Part shown: piece after piece, positions 20,382 through 31,335 of the stretch | Layout of the letters: the number at the start of each line of letters is the position of its first letter | Position numbering within the stretch: position 1 is the stretch's first letter | Assembly (NCBI GenBank): GCA_000165345.1 | Contig: CM000429.1 | Span: forward strand, 480,001 to 544,000 | Direction of reading: 5' to 3' | Length of the DNA: 64,000 nucleotides | Translations under genes and position numbers: made by a program | Notes under the pieces: generated by a model | Told to the model about the DNA's origin: nothing | Database searches by the model: none | The model's input: the letters and a program-made list of their open reading frames with translations, nothing else

Positions 20382-21755
20382 ATGGATGACTTAAAAACCA
20401 TTGTTTTGAGACAAAATGAAATTCTAAAAAAACTAGAAACTGCATTATCAAATGCAATTATTAGAATTGAAAGCATTGAAAGGTATTGTAATAAGGATAA
20501 TAACAGCGTTGCGGATAATTTATCACTAATTTTGCCCAAAGAAACTGAGTACGGCCTAATAAAAAACAACTCTTGTAAATCAAAGGATCTAAATAAAGAA
20601 ATTGGCAATTTTGATTTTAATGCAGTTAATTCTGCTTTTAAATTAATTCCAATCGACTTTTTAAAAATGGATTTTAATAATCACCCTATTAATTTGATTA
20701 ATAATAGTAATGTTAAGAGTTCACATTTTATTAAGAATTTAAATAGTAATAAGTTTGTAGTTAACTCCAATTTTTATCATTCTGCTATAAACACAGATTT
20801 TGATCATCAACGACTAGAAGATTTATCAGAAAACATGTTTGATAATACATCCACAAATATTACTTCAAAACTACCAGAACTAAAAACTAATATCAAACCT
20901 GAAAATCAAGAGCTTGAAATTTTTTGGGAAGATAAAGAAAACAATTCTAATGCCTCAAATAACAATTTTAAACTTCAAACATGCATATGCGAGAATGAAT
21001 CAAAATCTGATGATAAAGAATTTTTTCCAAAAGAAACACTCAATTTTATAGCAAATAAGCTAGATATGTTTAATATGTTCTACAATGGAAACAAAAATCA
21101 CATTCTTTCTAACTGTATAGGAAAAAACGCACTAAATATTAAATCATCAAATAAACTATATATTTTTGACGAAGAAGATAATTCTAGTATGAGGCTTGAT
21201 GATCCTCTAGATTTAGAGATTGCAGAAAACGAATTTTACTACTTAAAGGGGCATATTAAAAGAAGTTCTACAAGAGATCGTCCTAGAAGCTCTAGTCTAG
21301 ATAACTGTCATCTCTTTAATTGTCTATATCCTAAAACAAGAGAGATCAAGAATAGCTGCGATAATATTGACAATTTAGAAGTTTATTCTAGCAATCAGCT
21401 AACCCCAGTAGATAACAGTTATTTAATAAGAGAAATAAAGTACCACAAGCCCTATGAAAAGATTGTAGGGTATGTACAAATTCCTTACAATGCATTTTTA
21501 AGCAGATCTTTTGAAAGTTCTGGTCACGATAAGATTAAGAACAAAACTCCTTTGAAAGAAGTAAATTATTTAGATTCGCGCAACGTACATAAAAAGATCA
21601 GAAGTCCTTACGAAGAACGTAATATTTTTTCAAGTAATATTTATCAATATAATAGGCAGATCGCCCATATTAAAGTTAACTGCCCCATTTTTTATCAATT
21701 TTTTTGTTTTCAACGATACCCTATTTTAATTTTAAGGCCGCTTTTCAGTAATTAA
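20382..21755 (+). CDS. Hypothetical Asn-rich protein (457 aa)
   Basis: ORF starting at a true ATG. No recognisable domain; low-complexity N-rich sequence. Confidence 0.35.
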   Translation: MDDLKTIVLRQNEILKKLETALSNAIIRIESIERYCNKDNNSVADNLSLILPKETEYGLIKNNSCKSKDLNKEIGNFDFNAVNSAFKLIPIDFLKMDFNNHPINLINNSNVKSSHFIKNLNSNKFVVNSNFYHSAINTDFDHQRLEDLSENMFDNTSTNITSKLPELKTNIKPENQELEIFWEDKENNSNASNNNFKLQTCICENESKSDDKEFFPKETLNFIANKLDMFNMFYNGNKNHILSNCIGKNALNIKSSNKLYIFDEEDNSSMRLDDPLDLEIAENEFYYLKGHIKRSSTRDRPRSSSLDNCHLFNCLYPKTREIKNSCDNIDNLEVYSSNQLTPVDNSYLIREIKYHKPYEKIVGYVQIPYNAFLSRSFESSGHDKIKNKTPLKEVNYLDSRNVHKKIRSPYEERNIFSSNIYQYNRQIAHIKVNCPIFYQFFCFQRYPILILRPLFSN

Positions 21756-21807
21756 TAAAGAAATGTCTGGTAATAATGCTAAAGCTTCTCACAGATTGCT
21801 ACTAAGT

Positions 21808-22167
21808 TTATTTTTTGCCATTTTTTGGAAAAACTTTCTTTTGACCTATTTCCTTTGTTAATATTGATAAAAACACATCGTTATTAAACTTTTCAGTTCC
21901 TCTTCTAACCTTAAATGATTGTTCTTTCTCTGGAAGATTCGGCTCTTTTAGGGGAGGGGGGGTCTTTGATCTAAATCTAAAAATATGCTCGTTTATATTT
22001 TGTGGAGAAGACCTATTATGCTTCATAGTAATATCTTTCATGATGTGTTTCCAAAGTCTGTCGTTTTCATCGAGTATCTCTAGTGTATATAACGCAATTT
22101 TTTTGATTGCTTCATTTTGTTCATTAACCTTCTCCTCGAGATTACTTATTCTATCAACTAACAACAT
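21808..22167 (-). CDS. Small hypothetical coiled-coil protein (possibly part of a spliced gene)
   Basis: Short ORF. The track start is a TTG, so I moved it to the first ATG. No homology recognised. Confidence 0.2.
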   Translation of the reverse strand: MLLVDRISNLEEKVNEQNEAIKKIALYTLEILDENDRLWKHIMKDITMKHNRSSPQNINEHIFRFRSKTPPPLKEPNLPEKEQSFKVRRGTEKFNNDVFLSILTKEIGQKKVFPKNGKK

Positions 22168-22405
22168 ATTCAAGGACTTTATACAAATTAATTATTTTAT
22201 AGATCACATATAATTACTTATAACGAAAAATATGGATTAATTCTTTGTACTGGACCTATTTTTTCTTAATATTATTTCTAATGGCCGATAAATATAGCGC
22301 CTTAGAAAGCATGGCTCATTTTTACCACAATTTTGATATATTAATTAATATTTCAAATTGGAAACGCTTTGATTAATTTATTATATTTAAGAAACTAAAC
22401 ATTCT

Positions 22406-23047
22406 ATGGAAACCAATCCCGAAGAGAGTAACCAATTGGTTAATACAAGCGCTGAAGTAATTAGAACATACCTTAATAAAATTGTAACCAATGATAACTT
22501 GGATACACTTACACCGAAAAAAGTCAGAGAAGAGTTGGAAAAAGCTCTTGGGCTTCCTTTGGATAGCTTAAAGCCAAAAAAAAACCAAATAAATGACTTA
22601 ATAGACGCCATTATTTTAGAAATAAAAGAAAAAAATTCTACCGATTCCCCAATCGAGCAAATTACGAACAACGTATCAAATGTTGATTATAAAGACGAAG
22701 AAACCAATGCCAATAACGATGAGGAACATAACGACTTAAATATAAACATCCCAGAAATAACTAAACAAAATGGAAAAGCAACAAAGAGAAAGCAAATTTC
22801 GATGTCGATTGAGGAATTTCTAGAAAAATCCCAAACGCTAAGCCTAAGTATCAATGGTTCAAGCGAAAAACTTGCTATTTCTCCGAGACAATTTAGCACA
22901 GGAAGTGTTGGTTGGTACTACGGAGGCAAAGTCCCGCTTCCGGTTGGAGACGATTTGGAAGTCTTGTGTCAAATTTCAATCAATTGTACAGTAGTAGGTA
23001 GCAAAACGTGGTCCCAAAACATATCCAAAAAGTCGAAAATTAAATGA
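22406..23047 (+). CDS. DEK C-terminal (DEK_C) domain protein
   Basis: The N-terminal block TPKKVREELEKALGLPLDSLKPKKNQINDLIDAIILEI fits the DEK-C helical DNA-binding module. True ATG start. Confidence 0.45.
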   Translation: METNPEESNQLVNTSAEVIRTYLNKIVTNDNLDTLTPKKVREELEKALGLPLDSLKPKKNQINDLIDAIILEIKEKNSTDSPIEQITNNVSNVDYKDEETNANNDEEHNDLNINIPEITKQNGKATKRKQISMSIEEFLEKSQTLSLSINGSSEKLAISPRQFSTGSVGWYYGGKVPLPVGDDLEVLCQISINCTVVGSKTWSQNISKKSKIK

Positions 23048-23065
23048 TATAATTCTAGTATTTTT

Positions 23066-24262
23066 TTATTCAAAATCAAACCTCCACAAAGCAATCTCTC
23101 CATCATCTCCTGCAGAAATAAATTCTCCTCTTTTATTGTCGTTTAACCAAGAAACTGAGTTTATTTCGCTGTTATGAGCATTTGGTCTTTCACAAATATG
23201 TTTTAATCTTTTTGAATCAGTAACGGAAAATAAATGTAGGCTTTTGTCTGCTGATGAAACAATGATACAATTAATATAATTACACCACTCAATTGAATAA
23301 ATAGGATAGCTATACAACTCTTTATCATAATTATTTATGAATGAATTTGCTTGGTCAATTTGAATATATTTTGAAAGCCTCTTTGTATTTGGTGTATTGT
23401 AAAAGATCATTTTAAAAGTATCAGTTAGTGCAAAGTTTACTGAGTTCAAATTTTTAAATTTATTTTCATTCCCTTGATTACTGTTCCACAGAACAATCGA
23501 GGAATCATCTGAACAAGATAAAAGAAATTCACCATTTGGACTATAAGTAAAATCCCAAACAGTTGAAGAATGCCCATTGAGCGTGTATAACTTAACCCAT
23601 TCTAAGCCTTTAACTTCATCATGGCCTAATAACTGAGAAGAAGGCGCCCAAGCAATTATTGTATTATCATACGAGCATGATAACAATACCATAGGAATAG
23701 TTGGATGCCACTTAATCTTCTTTATGTCATTTGTATGCGCAGTTACTACTCCAATACAATCATATTCTATAAGTGTTCCCAATTTTCTATTTTCGCCTAT
23801 ATCCAATGAAAAAAACCAAATTGCTCTATCTCTACAACAAGCAGCCACAAAATTATTAAAAGGACTCCAATCAACGCATTTTACTTCGCTTTCAGGACCA
23901 AGAATCTTGCAAATACAAGCCCATCCAATATCCCTAGATACAAATTCCCAAACTGAAATTGAGCTATCGAAACTCGCGGAAATGATCATGCCTCCGCATG
24001 GTGACCAAGCAATCTTTCTAATTAGTCTCTTATGTTCCAAACTTCCAAATTCGTAGGCTTTAACCCAACTATTTCCGGCCATAGAACATTTATTTACAAT
24101 TTCTATTTCTTGGTACCACTTGTGGTTTTTTAACTTTGTATCCATCCAGACAACTATGCTACTTCCGCATGATGCAATAATTCTATCCTTTGGATGAGAT
24201 GCTACGCTCCAAATGGCACTATCTAACACTCCGATAATTCCTAGCTTCTCCAAGGAGCCCAT
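23066..24262 (-). CDS. CIAO1: WD40 protein CIA1/CIAO1 (cytosolic Fe-S assembly)
   Basis: Block-by-block similarity to CIAO1: RKIAWSPCGGMIISASFDSSISVWEF, GPESEVKCVDWSP..CCRDRAIW, and the C-terminal SAGDDGEIALWRF. The track start is a TTG, so I used the ATG two codons in. Confidence 0.7.
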   Translation of the reverse strand: MGSLEKLGIIGVLDSAIWSVASHPKDRIIASCGSSIVVWMDTKLKNHKWYQEIEIVNKCSMAGNSWVKAYEFGSLEHKRLIRKIAWSPCGGMIISASFDSSISVWEFVSRDIGWACICKILGPESEVKCVDWSPFNNFVAACCRDRAIWFFSLDIGENRKLGTLIEYDCIGVVTAHTNDIKKIKWHPTIPMVLLSCSYDNTIIAWAPSSQLLGHDEVKGLEWVKLYTLNGHSSTVWDFTYSPNGEFLLSCSDDSSIVLWNSNQGNENKFKNLNSVNFALTDTFKMIFYNTPNTKRLSKYIQIDQANSFINNYDKELYSYPIYSIEWCNYINCIIVSSADKSLHLFSVTDSKRLKHICERPNAHNSEINSVSWLNDNKRGEFISAGDDGEIALWRFDFE

Positions 24263-24778
24263 TAACAATAAATTTGAAAACTATATAAGCATATATATGT
24301 ATGCGCCAAAGAAGAATATGGAATTCAATTCAATGTAATTCTCATGATTTTCCTCATTGTTACGTATGGTTTGCATTTTTCGATAAAATTCCCTCAGTTT
24401 TTGCGCTAAAAATTTTCCACAAGTAGAATTACTATGTATTCTTGACTTTTTGATTGCTGGACAATTAACAAAGCATGAATTAAAATTGTTGATTAATTCT
24501 AATTTATTGTTGTGCTTTATATATAGCCCAAAAACTTTATATTTTAATCATCAATTCCTGCTTCAAATTTTTAAGTAATGAAACATTGAATTTCAACTGA
24601 AATTTTATATTTATCCTAGTTTCGAGTAGAAAATTTTATTTCATGATATAAATAACGCTATATTATTGTAATTTGAGACTTTTAAAAACTTTTTACTGCT
24701 CCTATCCTTAAATATTTTCACTTTTCAAACTTTTTATCGGTCCACGCCGCATTATTTGAAAATGAATAATTGAAGGAA

Positions 24779-26056
24779 ATGTGGATCAATAAGTTAATAA
24801 GTGTGATACTTCAAATAATAATTGCGATTAAGCTATCAGTTGGGCGCATTACAATTAACGTTCACAATACAAAGGATGAAAATGGATATTATTTTATTAA
24901 TGCTTTTGTTGGGAATCCGCCTCAAAAGCAAACTCTAATACTTGATTCTGGCAGCTCCCAAATTAGCTTTACATGTATCACATGCATAAATTGCGGCTCC
25001 CACGAATATCCCCCGTTTGATATAATGAAATCAATAACTGGAAAGAATTGTAATAGAAAATTACTAGGAGGTGAAAAATGTAAATATTTCCATCGTTTCA
25101 ATGAAGGAAGTGTTATTTCCGGAAAATATTTTTCTGATACTTTGAGGTTTGAAGAAGTCCAACAAAATTCTGGAATTATTAAGGATCACTTTGAAATTAA
25201 ATATGATTATTTAGGTTGCAATGAGCTAGAAACTAAAAAAATTTACCGTCAACGCGCAACTGGAGTATTTGGTATTGGGCTAAAATCAAGTTTGGATGAT
25301 CATGTAAACATTATTAATTCTTTATTAACTTCTTTAGAAAGTAATACAAATATAAAAGGCTCTAATAATCTTGTTATTTCAATTTGCCTATTGTACTCTG
25401 GTGGAAGGATTGTAATTGGGGAACAAGATGAAAAAATAACCAATAGGAATTCAAATTTTTCAGAAAATAAACGCAATCATGTTTATTGGGTTCCAATTAT
25501 TTACCCATCGAATGTATACAAAGTGAGTTTGGAAGGGCTATCAATTGGAAGTGGAAAATTCAGTTTATTGGAAGAAGAAACATCTCTTTTTGCTATTGTT
25601 GATGTAGGTTCAACCTATTCGTTTTTCCCGTCTAATTTATACAACAAAATAATCAATAAATTCTCTAAACTCTGTGAATTGCTGAATAAACTCGATATTA
25701 ACAAATGTATTACAATTAATCAATCTTTATGTTTCTCTGATCCTGCAAAGTTGCATGCCCTACTTCCCATAATGAACATAAAATTTGGGGGGCAACCAAA
25801 TTTAATCAAATGGATTCACAGTTCCTACCTAATAAAAAGAGAAAGGGCTTGGTGCGTCGGAATAAAGGAGCAAACTTCCTATCAAAATCATATTATACTT
25901 GGAGTCAGTTTTATGAAAAAAAGACAAATTATTCTTGACCCTAGAAAAAAAAGAATTGGATTTAACTTAAATACAACTGCAAGGTGCAAGTATGAACAGA
26001 ATAAAACTATGACAAATCAAGTCAAATTACTTAACGAATATACTAGGTCAAAATAA
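24779..26056 (+). CDS. Pepsin-family aspartyl protease (secreted)
   Basis: Signal-peptide-like N-terminus. First catalytic motif LILDSGSS. The second is AIVDVGST, an atypical DVG in place of D-T/S-G. The track start is a TTG, so I moved it to the first ATG. Confidence 0.6.
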   Translation: MWINKLISVILQIIIAIKLSVGRITINVHNTKDENGYYFINAFVGNPPQKQTLILDSGSSQISFTCITCINCGSHEYPPFDIMKSITGKNCNRKLLGGEKCKYFHRFNEGSVISGKYFSDTLRFEEVQQNSGIIKDHFEIKYDYLGCNELETKKIYRQRATGVFGIGLKSSLDDHVNIINSLLTSLESNTNIKGSNNLVISICLLYSGGRIVIGEQDEKITNRNSNFSENKRNHVYWVPIIYPSNVYKVSLEGLSIGSGKFSLLEEETSLFAIVDVGSTYSFFPSNLYNKIINKFSKLCELLNKLDINKCITINQSLCFSDPAKLHALLPIMNIKFGGQPNLIKWIHSSYLIKRERAWCVGIKEQTSYQNHIILGVSFMKKRQIILDPRKKRIGFNLNTTARCKYEQNKTMTNQVKLLNEYTRSK

Positions 26057-26131
26057 TCCTAATTATAATTTAATATAGAAATTCTCGACATTTTTTAGAA
26101 TATTTATTTCTTAATAATTCTGAACTGCTGA

Positions 26132-26497
26132 TCATCTACCAGATCTTCCTCTACTAGTTCCTCTAGATATAAATCTTGCTGCAAATGCCTTTTTGTTTCC
26201 AGCTGCTCCTAATACACTAGCTCTATTTTTTGCATTTGCAGCTAGCTTAAACATAGGGGCATTCTTTAACATATCTGGAAGTATGCAGAATCTGATTTGG
26301 CTTCCTCTAAGATAACACTGTTCAAGAGAAACTGGTTTGCCATCTCTCATAGTTGCGTTGACATGTTCCAACATACAGTTCATATTATCTTCAACATGTG
26401 TTAATGTCCCTCTATAAAGGTCGCCCGACTTTAATTCTATTGTAACAATATGCCCAAGCCCTTCATATAAAAGCTTTAGTGGAATTCCAATCGTCAT
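26132..26497 (-). CDS. SNRPD3: Small nuclear ribonucleoprotein Sm D3
   Basis: Strong match to SmD3 (MTIGIPLKLLYEGLGHIVTIE..YRG..EDNMNC..IRGSQIRFCILPDMLKNAPMFK, with an RG-rich tail). The track start is a TTG, so I used the ATG at MTIGIP. Confidence 0.8.
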   Translation of the reverse strand: MTIGIPLKLLYEGLGHIVTIELKSGDLYRGTLTHVEDNMNCMLEHVNATMRDGKPVSLEQCYLRGSQIRFCILPDMLKNAPMFKLAANAKNRASVLGAAGNKKAFAARFISRGTSRGRSGR

Positions 26498-26609
26498 GTT
26501 AATATGAAAAGTGAATTGAGCCAAAAAATTTTTTTTATAATAAATGCAAAGCTGAAGCGGGCTCTATTTATCTAATAAAAAAAATATTCTATGTACAAAA
26601 AAAGTCCCA

Positions 26610-27044
26610 ATGTCACTTCCTTCGTGCCTTTTTGAAGATAGATTTGTTATTAACAGCGTAGATAGCGGAAAGTTTGATCGAATTGGAAGGATCAGAGGTA
26701 GAAGTGTTGGCTTTGATGCAGATTTAATTTTAGATATAAATAATGAACTATTTCCTGTTAGAGAAAAAGAGAGCCTATACATCGGATTATCATCCCAAGT
26801 TTCAGTAAATCCTAATGATATTGTATGGGATAACTCTGGACCTCAAACTCTTATGGACCAATATGACTATGTAATGTATGGGAAAATATATCGTGTTGAA
26901 GAAAAGCAATCAGATAGAAGAAGCCTTTATGCATCATTCGGTGGTCTCCTAATGTCTCTAACAGCAGACAAAAACTTGGTAGGCGACTTCTCACTCGACA
27001 TGAGGTTGTACTGCCTAGTTAGGAGATCTGAAGATATCATCTAA
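26610..27044 (+). CDS. RPB8: RNA polymerase I/II/III common subunit Rpb8 (RPABC3)
   Basis: Matches Rpb8 (LFEDRF.V..VD.GKFDR., LDIN.ELFPV, DYDYVMYGKIYR.EE, SFGGLLM.L). True ATG start. Confidence 0.8.
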   Translation: MSLPSCLFEDRFVINSVDSGKFDRIGRIRGRSVGFDADLILDINNELFPVREKESLYIGLSSQVSVNPNDIVWDNSGPQTLMDQYDYVMYGKIYRVEEKQSDRRSLYASFGGLLMSLTADKNLVGDFSLDMRLYCLVRRSEDII

Positions 27045-27292
27045 ATACCGGCTACCTGTGCATTAAGTGCACGAACATTTTCTAAGTCGATCCGTAAAAG
27101 TTTTAATTATGGGAAAAGAAATTATCGTTTAGTACTAAAAATCTTAAACAAGTCGCAACTACCATATTAGGTCTACTATTTATAAGTAGTATTAAAAATG
27201 GTCGATCTAATGTGCACAACTGATAATTAAAAGAACATAAGTTCATATATAAAATTTTGTGAAAACACTGATTAGATCTTAGCTGTCAATAA

Positions 27293-27616
27293 CTAGACTT
27301 GAGCCTTAAACCTTTGAGAATTTGGATTAGCTCTTATCTTTCTGTCTGTTACACTTCTAACGCGAACAGTTCTCGAGTGAATAGCGCATGAAACGCAGTA
27401 ACACATCTTGTTGTACAACTTTGGGAGTGCATATGTTGAGTAAACTGATGCATCGCGGATATCCCTCTGTGATGAAGCATCGACAATATTCCTTACAACA
27501 AAACGCTTGATTGCTTTATCCTTTGATACGCACCTTCCGCAATTGCTGCATCTTATCGCTACTACATGGCCACGACCCTTCTTAGAACGACCATTATTTC
27601 GACGCTTGCTCGGCAT
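27293..27616 (-). CDS. RPS26: 40S ribosomal protein S26e
   Basis: [42 protein letters not shown]...[17 protein letters not shown] is near-identical in pattern to eukaryotic RPS26. The start was moved from the track's TTG to the ATG. Confidence 0.9.
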   Translation of the reverse strand: MPSKRRNNGRSKKGRGHVVAIRCSNCGRCVSKDKAIKRFVVRNIVDASSQRDIRDASVYSTYALPKLYNKMCYCVSCAIHSRTVRVRSVTDRKIRANPNSQRFKAQV

Positions 27617-27886
27617 TGTCAACAAATTAACAATTAAAAAAACAGTTACTCAAAGTCAATTAGAAAAGATTCAAGACAATCTAAAATACTCGAAAGTCTA
27701 AAAAATCCCTTTAAGTTTTACAGTGAACTTCTTCAAAATTTAACTAAATTTCACGTCTCCAATGAATATATTTATTAGACAAATTCAGTTAAATGAAATA
27801 ATATAATCCGTCTCTAGCGCCTAAACTATTCCATTAACGCGCCTTGAAACGTTGGTACCGAACTTTATTTTGAAGGTTATTTCTGC

Positions 27887-28444
27887 TCATATAATGTGTG
27901 CGAGTTTAAATAAAACTATTTTTTCAAACTCACTGAACCTATCAATTATTTTATCTACGCGTGCGTGATTCAGTGCCCATCTCAAATTTCGTTTGTTTTT
28001 CTTGTATTCCTTGACAACTTTTGCTTCAAAATAGTCTTTGAATGCATTAACTAAGTGTATTGATTCTCTACGAAGCGACTCTAGATCCATTCTATCGCGT
28101 TTTTCCTTCTTCAACAGTCCATCTGTTTTGGAGGTATTCACAGTTAATGAACGATTGGAGTAAGAGTCTTGCCTACCTTTTTGTTGAAGTGTATTACTGT
28201 CATTCAATGACCAATACGCCTTCTCGAATCGTCTTCTCTCTATTTCATTGCACAAAAGCACATAAGAATCTCTCAACTTTGTGAAACTTTCATGAGCTGA
28301 TTTCTCGTGTTTCCCCCTATTCTTGTCCGGATGAACTTTCTTTGCCAAGCTACGGAAAGATGACTTAATTTCTTTGGTACTGGCCCCAACTTCTAACCCA
28401 AGGAGCTTAAATGCTGTTTGAAACCTATAAAATACACTATCCAT
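27887..28444 (-). CDS. DnaJ (J-domain) protein
   Basis: N-terminal J domain with HPDKN (AFKLLGLEVGASTKEIKSSFRSLAKKVHPDKN). True ATG start. Confidence 0.7.
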   Translation of the reverse strand: MDSVFYRFQTAFKLLGLEVGASTKEIKSSFRSLAKKVHPDKNRGKHEKSAHESFTKLRDSYVLLCNEIERRRFEKAYWSLNDSNTLQQKGRQDSYSNRSLTVNTSKTDGLLKKEKRDRMDLESLRRESIHLVNAFKDYFEAKVVKEYKKNKRNLRWALNHARVDKIIDRFSEFEKIVLFKLAHII

Positions 28445-28737
28445 AACTTATTTTGAAAATTCAACGCATTTAATTCTTAATTTGTTAATAAAATAATTAC
28501 ATCGAATTAATTCATCTTAACTAAATATACAAGCCGCTAGTTGAAATTTTTTCAACACAAATATTTACTACTAAATTAATTAGAAAAAATAACAAATCAA
28601 ACATTTCAACTTCATTTATTTACTGTTTATATTAGCTATAACTATTATTTGAACCTAACTGTTATCTAAATTAACTTCTTCAGTTTCAGGACAAAAATTA
28701 TTCCTTTATTCACACAGTAATGTCTCTATTTAAAAAA

Positions 28738-28756
28738 AAATATATATATATATTGT
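28738..28756. repeat. A9(TA)7 microsatellite
   Basis: aaaaaaaaatatatatatatat is seen directly in the DnaJ / coiled-coil intergenic region. Confidence 0.8.
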
Positions 28757-28852
28757 GTGAGATTGATTTAGTGGATTTTAACAATGAAAGTAAAACCTTA
28801 ATACGTGTATTCTCAAAAAATAATTAAATATTCTTTCAATAATAAATATACA

Positions 28853-30844
28853 ATGGCTCTGCAAGATACAGCTTCAACTGCGGGGATACTAGCAGAGTTG
28901 AATAATAGATTAACCTCATATGAGAGCACAATACGTGAATTAAGGTCAAAAAATAGGGATTTCGTGAATAGGTTAAGAGACAACCAACAAATTAGAAAAG
29001 ATTTATGTATCAAAGTTAATAGTTTGCAAAATGACCTGGAAAAAAGAGATAAAGAATTGAAAGCGCAAAAGGAACAAAATAAACAACTTAAAAAAAGAGT
29101 TGCAAATTTAAACGAGTTAAATTCCAATTATCAAAATAAAATTGAGCAACTCAAATCTGTTTGTGAAAAATTACGCAATAATGCAAAAAATACTGAATTA
29201 AATTTCTCTGAGGATCTAAACTCATTAAATACCGAAAATACAAATATATCATCAATTAATAATATCAATGAAAAAAGATTATTCAAAAATACGAATGACA
29301 ATAACAATATCAATTGTAAAAGTACAGAAAATTGCAGCAAAAATGCCTCATCAAGTTCAAGTGTATTAAATGAAACTACTAATATTAATCTTCAATCAGC
29401 ATTGCAATCAAACCAAAATAAGTCGCTCTTAGTTAAGAAAGGCGACTTGAAGTTCTCAGTTGAAGAAATAAATGATTTGAATATGAAATATATTCCTGTT
29501 CCTGATGATCCAATAGACAGAGCAATTGCAACCTTTACAAATAGCAGGGAAAACAAAATTCTTTTTACTAGGGTTAAACAAGGCACATATGTTTATGGAA
29601 GGCTAATGGTTGAGGCAAAACTTGTAACAAAGCCAGGAGTTGACAAAAACAAACCTTTGCTACGTATTGTATCTAGAGGGAAGCTTTATACTCTTGCAGA
29701 TTTTGTAAATACACACGAAAACGAAGAACTTAATAATATCGAGGATAGTATACGAAATCAAAATGGTAATTTAGTATCAGATGGCCAAGCGTTAGTGGTA
29801 GCTTCTCCCCTTAATAAATTTAGAACAACTCAAGTTTTAACTCCATCTTCACCAATAAAGATTACAGCTTCACCTTTGCAACAAAATTCTGCAAATTCGG
29901 TGGCATCAGCTACGAGCATTCAGCATTACATGCAAAGCCCACTATCATATACTTCTAATAGGATTCCCATCATTGACCCAAAACATAATCAAGGAGTTAA
30001 TTTACAAAACTACATGGTTAATTATCCCAATAATACCCATGAGATGATGTTGTCAGCGCAAAATGCAAACTCAATTGTTACGCCAACATATTATAATAAT
30101 ATAAATGGTATGCATCAGCTTAGTCCTATCAATCATAAAAACGCATCGTTTATGCAATTACAATCTATTGTTCCACAACAACAGTTTCCTTACTACCACC
30201 ATTTAACTGAAAGTTCAAATTTAAATAATCAATTTAACCAAAATTTAAGTTATCATTCAAAATCAAATGTTCCAGTACTTGCACCTCCGCCTGTTGCAGA
30301 ATATATGCCCGTAACAACACCTATTATTATGGCAAGGCAACCGATAAATGCATTAAACTACTCAAATAATACTTCTGGTATTCAACAAATTCCAACTCAA
30401 AATAACTCACAAATAGGAACTAAGTCTAATGAAACCAAACCTCTATCAATAAGTAATAAATTAGAGTGTAATATTCAACAAGAAGAAACAGAAGTAAAGG
30501 ATTTAAATAATTCATTGTCGCTTTATTCAATTTCAAACACGAACCAACAGCAATATCAGCCATTAGAAAGTACTAATATTCAAAACACAAATGTAGTACA
30601 TTCAAATAAGAATGAAACAAGTTCAACAAAAGATATTGGTAATTATTCACACCTTGAAGATGATTTAACTTTAAATAAAAATAACTCATTAACTCAAAAA
30701 AGTCCCATTAAACAGACATCATCTCCAATAAAATCAGTAAGTGCTTCCACTATTGGAGAATGGTATAGGCAGGCTAATATTATGAAAAGATGTAATAGTT
30801 ATAGTTGTGAAAATTTTTCTGTTACATCTAATAAGAATGCTTAG
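28853..30844 (+). CDS. Coiled-coil protein with a central globular (GAR/CH-like?) module and an N/S/Q-rich low-complexity C-terminus
   Basis: The ORF track start at 28805 is a GTG; the first ATG is at 28853 (MALQDT). A heptad-rich N-terminus is followed by the block YVYGRLMVEAKLVTKPGVDKNKPLLRIVSRGKLYTLADFV. Confidence 0.45.
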   Translation: MALQDTASTAGILAELNNRLTSYESTIRELRSKNRDFVNRLRDNQQIRKDLCIKVNSLQNDLEKRDKELKAQKEQNKQLKKRVANLNELNSNYQNKIEQLKSVCEKLRNNAKNTELNFSEDLNSLNTENTNISSINNINEKRLFKNTNDNNNINCKSTENCSKNASSSSSVLNETTNINLQSALQSNQNKSLLVKKGDLKFSVEEINDLNMKYIPVPDDPIDRAIATFTNSRENKILFTRVKQGTYVYGRLMVEAKLVTKPGVDKNKPLLRIVSRGKLYTLADFVNTHENEELNNIEDSIRNQNGNLVSDGQALVVASPLNKFRTTQVLTPSSPIKITASPLQQNSANSVASATSIQHYMQSPLSYTSNRIPIIDPKHNQGVNLQNYMVNYPNNTHEMMLSAQNANSIVTPTYYNNINGMHQLSPINHKNASFMQLQSIVPQQQFPYYHHLTESSNLNNQFNQNLSYHSKSNVPVLAPPPVAEYMPVTTPIIMARQPINALNYSNNTSGIQQIPTQNNSQIGTKSNETKPLSISNKLECNIQQEETEVKDLNNSLSLYSISNTNQQQYQPLESTNIQNTNVVHSNKNETSSTKDIGNYSHLEDDLTLNKNNSLTQKSPIKQTSSPIKSVSASTIGEWYRQANIMKRCNSYSCENFSVTSNKNA

Positions 30845-30988
30845 TGATATTTAGATTTTTTGTGTGATAAATTTAAAAATTCTGGGGAAATATCGATAAT
30901 AAGTATTTTATGATTAGCGTTAAAATTTGTGTGTAATTCGAGTGCTAAATTAATTGTATATCGTTTGCACTAGTCAAATTATAAATAG

Positions 30989-31335
30989 ATGTCGCACTTA
31001 ATTATAACATATTTCGAGAACCTAAATCCATCGCTTTGTAATGTAAGTTTTACAAAAAATTGATAACTAAAACTATCTTCTTCCAGATAAAATATCTATG
31101 TGATAATATTGTTCAAGGAAACTTGGATTGCGGAAACAAATCATTCGAAAGTATTAATTTTAGAGCAAAAAAAGGAATAAGTTCATTTAAAGGTTTAATG
31201 ACAAATAAAATTAACGAGAATTTTTTACAAGTGAAAGATTCAGAAAAGAAGAGTGAAAATATTGAACTACTAAGTGAAATGCTAAATGCAGCAAATAAAG
31301 CGAAACAAATAGTAAATTCTCTTAGAAAATCTTGA
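30989..31335 (+). CDS. Small two-exon gene (~101 aa, product unknown)
   Basis: ATG at ~30989. Exon 1 (MSHLIITYFENLNPSLCN) ends directly before a GTAAGT at ~31043. A ~44-bp intron ends at ttccAG (~31086). Exon 2 continues in frame into the 31060 ORF, whose track 'M' is a TTG, through to a TGA stop. Confidence 0.3.
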
